DNA from: Diplonema japonicum
Taxonomy: Eukaryota > Protista > Euglenozoa: Diplonemea
Reading direction: 5' to 3'
Assembly (NCBI GenBank): GCA_964019335.1
Contig: OZ025686.1
Span: 372,001 to 436,000 of the forward strand
DNA: 64,000 nt
Of the stretch, positions 20,381 to 30,700 are shown in pieces; the stretch's first letter is position 1; every line of letters begins with the position of its first letter. The position numbers were made by a program, and so were the translations under genes. A model generated the notes under the pieces. It was not told the origin of the DNA, ran no database searches, and saw only the letters and a list, made by a program, of their open reading frames with translations.

Positions 20381-23030
20381 GGGTGGGAGAAGGCCAGTGT
20401 ACTCGTCGAACACTACGCGAGGGCCTGCTCCCCAAGGACGACTGCCAAGTCGGAGGAAGTGATCACCACCATCAAGAAGGACGCGAAGCCCGGGACAGAC
20501 AACGACTTCCCCCTGGTAACGAAGGACGAGCTGGACTCGGTGCTGCGAAGGCTGAAGAAGGGCAAGGCTCCGGGCCCAGACGGCATCTACAACGAAATGC
20601 TGAAGTACCTGGGACCGGTGGCCAGGGAAGTTCTACTCCTCCTCTACAACTCATCCCTCCAGACCGGTGTCGTCCCTGCCGAATGGAGGCGGTCTTCCAT
20701 CATCCCCCTCATGAAAAAGGGCAAAGACCAATCCGAACCCGCCTCGTACAGGCCGATCGCGCTGACGTCAAACATCGTGAAGACGTTGGAGCGAATAGTC
20801 AAGGACAGGATGTGCTTCCTGCAGGACACAGGACGGGTAAGGCAATTGCACACATCGCAGGCGGGTTTCCGGAAAGGGAGGTCCACGGAGGAAAACGTGC
20901 TGTACGCCGCCTCAAAGCTCAAAAGTGTCAGGCTGAGCCAAGGTCTGGGGGGTCTCCTGCTGTTCGACTTCAAAGGAGCCTTCGACACAGTCTGGCACAA
21001 GGGAGTGATCGCAAAGCTGATAGGCGACGGTTACCCTCCCAAGCTCGTGAAATGGATCACCTCTTTCCTCGACCAACGTAAAGCCTCCGTCTGTGTGAAC
21101 GGGGAACACGGCTGCGTGAAGACAATGACAGGGGGCGTACCCCAAGGCACCATCCTGGCCCCGCAGCTCTTTTCCATCTACGTCAACGACCTGGCCAGGT
21201 TGTACAGGAAGGCTGGAATCGACGCGGTAGTGTACGCAGACGACATAGCGATAGTGCTGGAGGCGGGGAGTCCTGCCGAGCTGAACAAGAAGGTGCAACG
21301 CGCGGTGAGCCTCACGGAGCGATGGTGCGAGACGTTCTCGATGAAACTGTCCCAGGAAAAGACAGAGTTCATGCCGGTAGAGGGACAGTTCTGGAACTCG
21401 CACGACAGTCTCGCAAACCTCATCAACGCCCGCTTCCCCTCGAGTGGGGCGAAAGTCAAGGTGGTACGCGAGGCTAAATATCTTGGCGTCACCTTCGACG
21501 AAAGCATGAACTTCCACGAGCATGTGCAGAAGGTGAAGGGAAAGATCAACAGCCGTCTTCGCCTGCTGCGCAAACTCGCCGGAACAAGGTGGGGCTGCCG
21601 CAAGCACACCCTAAGGACGCTGTACCTGACGTACGTCCAACCGGTTCTGCGCTACTGTCTCGGTGCTTACGGCAACTTCGTGGGACATGCTGCTCTGGCC
21701 GAGTTCGACTCGCTACAATACACAGCAGCGAGGTTGATAACGGGATGCTTCGACAAGACTTCCGCGACGGTGACCAGGTCAGAGGCGGGCATCTGGGAGA
21801 TTGAATCCTTGCTGGAACACGACACCCTGGTGCTCTACGAGAAGGCACAGCGTCAACCGGGGACAACAGCGGAGAAGGCAACAAAGATATCCGGGGGTCA
21901 GATGTGGTACGGGAAAAGCTGGCGAAACACCGCGCTCGACTTGGCGAGGAGTCACGGGATGCCGGAACGCGAAGACCTACCACACCACTCAGTCACTCAG
22001 AGCGCAGACCTGCAGCTCCCTCCATGGGTCCAACCCAAAGTCCTGTTCCACCCCGACCTAGTCCGCAAGGTACACAAGAAGGACGAAAAAAGTCTCAAAC
22101 TCCGAGCGGCCTTCGAATCGATCAGGAGGCACGGCATCCCAGATGTGATCGTCTACACCGACGGGTCAGTCACCGGACACAGGAACGGCGGTTCGGCAGC
22201 TGTGATAAGGATCGGGTCTGACACCGAAGCAGGCACGCAAGAGCGGAGGAGCAGTGACTTCGGCCTACCGATGCGAACTGAAAGCGCTGAACCTGGGGCT
22301 GCAATTGACACTGTACCATACCCGGAGACAAGGTGTGACGACAGGAGTAGTGCTGCTGTGCTCGGACTCCCAGTCGGTGATCAGAAGACTGATGCAGGGC
22401 CACAGAGAGATGAGGCAGAAGGAGGAACTGCTGGCTTGGAAATGGCTGGACGCGCTTGACCGCCAAGGCCTCTCCACCATCATCCAGTACGTTCCCGGGC
22501 ACTGCGGCCTACCAGGTAACGAGCAAGCCGACCGACACGCCAAACGCGCCGCAAAGGAGTCGACACCGGACGGCCCGACGGACCTGATGACCACAAAGAG
22601 CCTCATCAAGAGGTCGGTGAACCGCGACTGGGCAGCCTCGTGGGAGAAGACAGGTCGGGACAAAAAGTACCGAGAGGAGATCGGCGCGAGGTACCTCCCC
22701 TTGAAGGAACTGTCCTGCAGACACGTTGAGGTACAGATAACGAGACTGCGAACGGGCAGGAGCCACCTGACTTGCGGTTTCCTGTCGAAACCCGTCCAGA
22801 ATGACATACGTTGCCTCTCGTGCCATTCGATCCAGGACAGACACCATCTGCTGATCGGGTGCCCAGCTGGAGACAAGGTCCGCGAAGAGATCTTCGGGGA
22901 TGACATCCCCACGACCACGAAGGAGATGCTCACAATGAGGGTGAGTGAAACCGCCTCCTACCTGAAGAGGATGGACCTCATCTGAGACTCTCACGACCGC
23001 CGAGCCGCTGACCGCAATCGCAGGACGTAG

Positions 23031-23060
<30 letters not shown>
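20381..23060 (+). mobile_element. 5'-truncated non-LTR retrotransposon (ingi/I group): RT + RNase H + C-terminal Zn finger, poly(A) tail
   Basis: KAPGPDGI, YRPIALTS, QAGFRKGRST, DFKGAFDTV, GVPQG, YADD, KYLGV, YTDGS, SDSQS, YVPGHCGLPGNEQAD, RLRTG, CxxC..H..C; frameshift near 22250; A30 at 23031-23060; the only + strand long ORF. Confidence 0.95.
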
Positions 23061-23062
<2 letters not shown>

Positions 23063-23594
23063 AACAGAAAAAAGTGAACCAAAAAGTACTAGTGAACCCT
23101 CTCCCCCTCCCCCTGTGTTTCCCATTATTACCCTGTCGTGCACCCCATCTTCTGTCTTCACCTTTCCCCGCCCCTTCACACATCCCCCCGTATCATTTCC
23201 CTTTGTTTTGAATTTTCTAAGGCTCCGCCGCCCAACAAAGCTGGCTGAAGGGGATGCCTCCGTGCCAGTGTGCCGCTCGTGAGGGCGAGCACGGACGAGG
23301 TACCCCACTCCTCAAAAACCCGGAGGTTCGCCCGAAGGGTGCTGGCTTGGGAAGCGGGCTGGAGAGCTGCCGGGGTCACGGAGGTGGGCGAAGTCGCGAA
23401 CACTGGAGCCCACGAACCGGCCCCACCTCCGTCCTCGGTACGTATGGATAGTTTAGCGGAAGTTTCAAGGTTATCTCATTCCTTTCCCCCTTTCGTTAGA
23501 TACAGGGAGACCCTTGGTCCACCTGTTCTGTCCCCCCCCCCCAGCCTTTGCTTCGCACGTCAGTGGTTCATTTATTATTATGATAAAAAAAAAA
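23061..23594 (+). repeat. Structured non-coding SINE-like element ending in a TAT/A tail just upstream of tRNA-Pro
   Basis: Partial homology to 17610-17657(-); several hairpins; ends CAGTGG..ATTATTATG.A10, 6 nt before the tRNA. Confidence 0.45.
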
Positions 23595-23600
23595 TCAGCT

Positions 23601-23672
23601 GGCTTAGTGGTCTAGTGGCATGATTCTCGCTTTGGGTGCGAGAGGTCCAGGGTTCGATTCCCTGCTGAGCCC
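23601..23672 (+). tRNA. tRNA-Pro(UGG)
   Basis: GGCTTAGTGGTCTAGTGGCATGATTCTCGCTT-TGG-GTGCGAGAGGTCCAGGGTTCGATTCCCTGCTGAGCCC followed by a T-run. Confidence 0.95.
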
Positions 23673-23920
23673 CCCTTTTTTTCATCCACAAACCCGCTTG
23701 TTGCACCTACCACCACCAGGTTTTTAAACCACAAAAAAAAAAAAAAACACCAAGCACCACAGACAAGGCAGTGATCAACGATGTACCACGCTGCAAATGC
23801 CTGGCAGTTGTATTCATATGACCACGAGGGGTTATGTTGTTCCTGCCTCTCCAGTTTGAAAAAACTGCTTGCAGCGGAACCGAACCGTTGGTGAGTATAA
23901 GAAACAGTAAAAAAACACAC

Positions 23921-24569
23921 CTGGATTTGTGAGGTTGACTGTGCCAGTCTTACTTTTGGTGGACATGTCAATCATTGCTGGAATGAGCTCAGTGAGCACT
24001 GTCATGGAATTAGGAATGTTGACAACCTTCTGGTACTTGACAATTTTAGTGATGAAGTTGTAGGGAGAGTGGTCAGGGGTGATTGGCATCCTGATTCTGA
24101 TGTTCAGGACGCTATCGGCCATCATGTGCATCAGGCGGTCGGTGAAGCCCTTACAGGTGGAGTACCCAGAGCCAAAAAAGTTAGGCAGGGATTCTTCGGT
24201 GAAACCCTTGCCTCCTACTTGATGTTCGTCATCATAGTGGAAGATGCACCCTGTGCCCATGTATGTGAAGTGGATTCCCCTCTCTTTGCACATGAAGGCA
24301 AGGACTGTGGGCCCCCACAAATTGTCCCTCATGTTTTCAACAAGTTTCCCTTTCTGCTCTAAATAGTCGATGGTGTTGAAGCCCTCCCCTCTTGTCCTTC
24401 CAACCAGACTCACCACCCTATCAGGCTTCACTTCGTCCAGCTCCTTTGCCACGTCCACTTCATTGTCTGCCCTCACAGTGCTACCCACAGCCTCGTGGCC
24501 TTGCTTCTTTATGGTATCCATCACCTGGCCGCCTATCCATCCCTTGTGCCCGTACACGAGAAACTTCAT
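23921..24569 (-). CDS. NDP-4-keto-6-deoxyglucose 3,5-epimerase/4-reductase (NRS/ER, rhamnose synthesis), 5' exon only
   Basis: MKFLVYGHKGWIG, TGCIFHYD.EH..GFTEE..PNFFGSGYS..K, LNIRIRMPI, NFITKI..Y.KVVNIPNSMTVL.EL, NLTNPG then a GT donor; 3' exon not found. Confidence 0.88.
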
Positions 24570-24786
24570 TTTTTCCCCCCCCCCTTCACTACCTTCTTTG
24601 GCCTGGTGACAGCGCTCTAACATAAAGGAATACGACAAAAATAAGAGCAACCCGAGAAAAAATTTATTCTGAGGGTTTCTAAACTAGGCAATCTGCGAAA
24701 GCAGCGCTTTAAAATAAGGGAGAAAGACATTAAAAAAAGGAAGAAAAAAAATCAGAAACTAAAACCGAACCTGTTTTTTTCCTTTT

Positions 24787-27700
24787 TTACTGGCACTTTA
24801 CTGGCACTTGCGTGTCTAAAAAAATCACTGATTCAGAACTAACCGAAACCCTGACCTCCGATTCAGGGGATTCTCCTGATGCTTCGATGAATACTTTTTG
24901 TAGGATTGAAGCAACATCATCGGCGTCCCCTGCTGGAAGAGAAACCGAAATGAGAGAGGGTGTAACGGTGTTGGTTGGTGTGTCATAGTCTTCGAAAGAA
25001 AGGGCAAAGTTAGGGTTTCCAGAGCTGACAGACACGGTTACAGTTGGGGTCTCGCCTTTGGATGCTGCTAGATCTTCGCTGAACAGCTGCATAGAGGTAC
25101 CACGTGCAAGGTCGCAGCCTTCGTGAAAGGTGCTGCACGTCCACAAGCAGGGCTTCACGTCAATGACTTTCTTTGAACGCACAGAGTTCTTTCCAACTTT
25201 GATTGTGAGCTGAATGCTGCGCTTCTTAGGTTTGTCTGCTTGCATGCACCTGTACTCTACCAAGCTCAGTAAGGCTTCTACGTCAGCGTGCCCGCAGTTA
25301 AGTTGCACTTTAAAGCCAGCTTTGCTCTTCAACTTCTCCAGCAGGCCCACCTCTTCGCCTTCCAACACCACTTTACCATTTGCCGTGCACTGCATTTCAA
25401 GTCCCAATACATCATGTTCTGTGAACATTCCCAAGAACTCGAATTGCAGGTATGATGATCGTTCATACATATCATCATTGTCCTCCACGATGTCTACGTC
25501 TTTGAAGGGCCGCACCGGGCCAGCCATGCTGTAGCATAGTAGTGATGGAGATCCATTTTGACTGATGGTCACGGTCTTGTCGGCGGCTCGAATGCTAATC
25601 TTCGTCCCCAGATACGAACCCATGTCGAAGGAAGACGTTGTCAGGTGGAACTCAGCCCGCCGGGAGTGTTTCTCGACCTTCCCTCCACTGTCAAAACACA
25701 CCAAGCGCATCAACGGTGTCAGGTTTGCGTTCGTCGCCTTCGACGCCCATGAAAAGGCGACTATAATCTTGTGCGGTGTCTCTTTGATCTCACCAATATA
25801 ATCCTTCCCACAGAAAAGATCCGAGTCCTTGACAACGTACATTGTCCCTTCTGTTCGAAGAAGCAAGTTGTCGTTAGGGGTGGCACCTGCTGAAAGTGAG
25901 AACACAAGACACCCGTCTGTGAGGGGCCTGCTGCTCTCGAGCTGGGTTTGCACCTTGACGTTTATGGGAACGGGCCCGCCGTTCATGCAGAAGGTCGCTG
26001 AGCAAGCATAGTCAGGTGCCCATAGGAGGGGACCGCAGACCTCGACCGGAATTTTCACTTTTCCATCGCTTGATCCGTCGTTTGCATTAATGCGCAGCTG
26101 GAATGTGAGGACCGACGTCTTTATCTTCTTTGCGTCTGTTTGGTAGCTCATACAGTGCAGCAGCGTTTCAACCATCTCAATTGTGATCCCTCCCGGACAT
26201 GCATCTAGCTCTTCCTGCGTTTCTGGTCGGTTCGCCCCCTTCGGAAGCGGTGCAAACTTTACTTCTACGGTAGTACCCCCTTCCGATATCACCTTTCCAA
26301 AGTACATTTCCTCACACCCCACGTCGGTCACGTAAAGCTTCTCGTTTTCCTTTCTTACGAAGATTCGTTTTGAGGTGTTTTGGATAGCTTCCAGTCTGCG
26401 AGAATCCTTCAGCCTGCATGTGAGGGTCAAGAGCTTGCGCTCTTTCTTATCGGCAGAGGCTTGCTCGACTTCAAGAAGTCGTTTGTGGTATTGGTAATTC
26501 ATCATTTGTTCTTCTTTGTCCTGGATGACTATGTGATCAGTGCGGCGTCCTGTGGAGCCCGCCACAAGGTTCACGGCGAGGATCCCACCGTTGAAGGTGA
26601 GAGTGTCTGGGTCGTGCAGCGTGCAGTCGTCGAAGAGAAGGAACCCAAAGCTGTCTGCTTCTGAGCCCTGCCGGTAGCGACGTGTTTCTGTGTCCACGCG
26701 GAGGATCTCTGTTGCGTTCTCGACTGGCAAGATGCAGAGTTCCAGTACACTCACCGAGTGCTGCGACATCCCATCCCATGCGGTCACTTTGATCATCTTC
26801 TTGAGCACTGAGGGGTTTTGGCTTTCATTGCAATACGACAGCCCCCTCAGTACTTGGATTACGTCCTTCCTTTTCACCAGTGCTTGCTCTGCTCTCTCTC
26901 CTTTGCCCTTTTTAACATTCTTCCCCACTTTGAATTTTATCACCAAGTTGTTCCTGGACTGTGCCATCGTTGCTTTCGAGACTTTGTTGATCAGAATTTC
27001 GTGTGTGTGTTGCTGGCCGTCTTGCTGGCCTTCTGTTGCCTTCTTGTTGACCCCCATCTTCATCAGGTACGCGATATTCTTTTTCGTTACAATTTTTCGC
27101 TTAACCTCGTCTTTCAACTTTCTCCTAACTAGGTCCTTCAGAACTGTATTACTCCTCGTGGATTGGTTTAGCGTGGATCGTGGGGATTCTGTCGTGCTGG
27201 GAGACGGCTCGACTTCAGTGGTGGTCTCTTGTCTATCAGATTCTTCTTTCGGAGAGGGTTCTGTGGGTTGCTCTTTAATGTCTTCTTCCTCTACCGCTTC
27301 CTCTTCTAGCTCCTCCTCTTCTTCTTCTTCCTCCTCCTCCTCCTCTTCTTCTTCGTCCTCCTCGTTTTCTTCTCCGTTCGTCTCTTTACATGCCCGTACC
27401 ATCGATCTTGCTCTGGACCTTTTCTTTCTCATTGGAACGATGGTGAGGTCGCCCTTCTCTTGCATCAAGAGCGCGTCAGTTGGGGTTGCTCCTTCGATGA
27501 ATTCCAAGCAAATGTCGCCGCCATCCCAACCTTCGTCGTCGTCGAGCACGTCGTAGTTCCCCAGCCGCACAACGCCGCAGTCCTCTCTCACCGAGTGCAT
27601 GGTGGCTGCTGGGGGTAAGGAAAGTAATGGGGACGTAACCTTGATGGTACAGGTGGAACGAACAGGTATGCCGTTTATCACAAACTCAGCCTGCACTGTT

Positions 27701-30700
27701 AGCTTCCTGCTGTCTTTGTGCGATTTGTAATCCGTCTGAAAGCAGACGGACCTGAACAGCAACGATGCCTTCTCAATACTTGCTGTTCCGTCTTCCACAA
27801 AGTCGATTTGCAGCCCATTCGTCGTCGTCACTGTCCCCAGAGGCAGCCTGTTGTACAGCACCTGATCACCTTCAACTGTTAGAGACGAATGAATGGGGCA
27901 CAGCATCAAGTAGTCTCCCTTTGTTCCCCCAAAGACAATGCTGAAGCTCAGATACCCACCTTTGAAAGTATCGGTGTCAATATCAGTTATACTGCCCTGC
28001 TCGGCAAAAGCTAGCGGCGGCTGTGGTGGGACATAAGATGCGAAGTGCGCGGGGACGTCGTCACTGCACATCTGCCGCCAGATGGGCGTGCGGCAGTTGA
28101 ATTCCATGACACTGGGATCGTCGACAGATGTTATCTGCACCACAATTACACCCAGCTTCACGGGAGACGATGTTTTCTTTGAGTGGAGGCTTAGCACGAC
28201 AAGCCTTTCATTGACCTCAGGATCACTTGAATTGTTTACAAAGCACAGCCCCTTCAGTACCGATACGATATCGTCTGTCGTTTTTGCATGGAACGAGAAA
28301 CACGTGTAGTCTTCGCCTGGTTCTCTCTCATCGAAGTTGGTAGTGAGCCCCGGTGAAAGAATTTCAAGGTCCTCCATGCCAACACTGTGCTTCATCAAGA
28401 GCTTGTCCTCGACGCCGTGACCTAGCATGTGCACAAAGACGTCTGGGGTGGGGGAGATATTATTACTCACGACGACGTTTTTGAAAAGCTTCAACTCACC
28501 ACGACCCTCCCGGTAGTTATGTGTGATCTCTTCGGGCAGGCTGATGTCAGGGGGCTGTGTCTTCAGTGTGACAACAGATGTAGATGTGGAAGAGAGATCC
28601 ATGCCAACAAACACGATGTCGAAGTCCACGTGTACGAAAACAGATTGCCCCTTCTTCACGCAGCCGAAAGGCAGCACCAGCTCCAAGAGGTTCAAGATTT
28701 CTCGAAGTGCATCTAGATCCAGTCCATGCACTTGCACTTGCAATCCTGCGCCTGCATCGTAGCTGTCAGGCTTGTAACTCTCGAATGTTGCTATGAGTAC
28801 CTTCTCCTCACCCCGCCACATGTACACTTCATTCCCATCGACAATGAGGCCCGTCTTCCTTGCATGTATCTGCATGTTAGCCAGAGACAGTAATGGAGCG
28901 TTTCCTTCCTCTGTCTGATCTGTTCTCGTTGTGTAAATGCAGATCTCACCTTTGGCGATCGCTGTCCTTCGCCTGCACAATGCCTCGTAGTCTTCTGTGT
29001 TGTGGGGGTACGGCTTGCCTTCCTTTAGATGTTTGGGGCAGGTGACCTCCGCTATAAGGGTGTCGCCGATGAATGGTCGGTTCACAACTGTAGGAGTAGT
29101 TGTGGACAGCAGGACCTCGGATTTCGATGGCTGTGAAATACTGCACATTGGAGGCATGGCTTCGCATGCAATAAGCTCCCTCTTGGCATCGCCTTCCGCT
29201 TCATGTAACTTTGCTTCTTTCAGTAGTGTGGTGTACGTGCTGCCAGTGAGCAACAGCCGCTGCTCGCGCTCCTCACAAAGCACCGACTCTCTGGTGTGTC
29301 TTTCCGCGTCTCCCACATTTATTATGGCGGCCCGTCGCTTAAGCTCCAGCTCGGCTTCTTTTTTCTGTTGTTTTTCTTGCTCGCTTTTGCGTTTTGCCTC
29401 GGCTTCGGCGAATAGCCGCTGCTTCTCTTCTTCTTTCCTTTTCAACATCAATTTCATGTCTTTGTGTTGCTGTAGCAAATTTGCCACTGAGACCCGGAAC
29501 TCCTTGCTGTCTTCCTCATGTGCTGCTTTGATGGTTGTTCTGATGTCACGTTCTTCGTGGAAGAATGCGTCTCGTTCCAGTTTGCGCGACCGCTCCCGGT
29601 CGGTGAGCAATTCTTCAAGCTTGCGTCGTTCGATGGCCTCCAAGTGCCGCAGATCGTAGAAGCACCTATGTTCATTCGTTTCTGTTTTGAAACGGAATGA
29701 GACTTCCCGTTTAGCGAACAATGTCCGCTCCGACTCAAGGTCCATCGCAAGCTTCTTCAGCTCGATGAGCTTCTCCCTTTGCGCTTTCTCAGTCGACACC
29801 GCTAGTGTGTACATAATCTCCCACTCCATGCGTGTTTGCTGCCGACCTTCTTGCTGCTGTATCAGTACTGCCCCCACCTTGCCCCCGATGTCCAGCAGCG
29901 TTACTTCCTTCACCTTCTCCCACTCTAGCTCACGTTTGTTACGCTCCCTCTCGAGTTTTTTGGTATTGCGTGCTGCAGTTTTGCGCTGTCGATTTTCCGC
30001 AAGCTGTTCAGTCTCTTTCTGTAAATTGAGCTCGATCGCCTTGCGTATCTCGGCTTTGTATTTATCGTATTCAAACACGACTGCGTCCAGCCGCCAGGAC
30101 GCTATGTTGGGGTTCTCTTGTACAGCTGTCAGTATGGCTTTGGCACTGATGTTGTTTACAGGTGCGATCCCGGTGCAGTCCACTTTTTTAATACTAGGGT
30201 GGTGGCGCAAGAGAGTGTACACATAGTAGAAATCGTTGCTTGTCAGTACCATTTCACGAAGGTCCAACATCAGCGAAGTGTTCGTCAGCTGCTTCACCTT
30301 TGCCAACAGGGCGGGTGAGATCACGTCCGTGATGGTGTTCGTGCACGCTGCTAGCACTTTCTTCGTAGTTGCCAACGATTTCACCTTCACTTTCTTCGGC
30401 ACCTCCGCAGGTATAGGGCGGATTTTCTGCTTTGGTGCTGTACGCGGCGCACTCCCAGTATGCACTTCCTTCTGTTCTGCCTTGTGCCCGGTCTTCGGGG
30501 GGATTGGCGTTCTTGGTGTTTGCGTCCGTTTCATAATGAGATTAGTAGACCCGTCAATGTCTGCCTGCATCCATTTCCCCTCTCGGAATGTGAACAGAGA
30601 GGAGCCCTTCACACAGCACACAGTGCCCTTCTTGCTGCACCACACCGAGCAGGCGTCTATCTTGGGCATAGGGTCGGTCTCGACGACCTCCCAGTCACCC

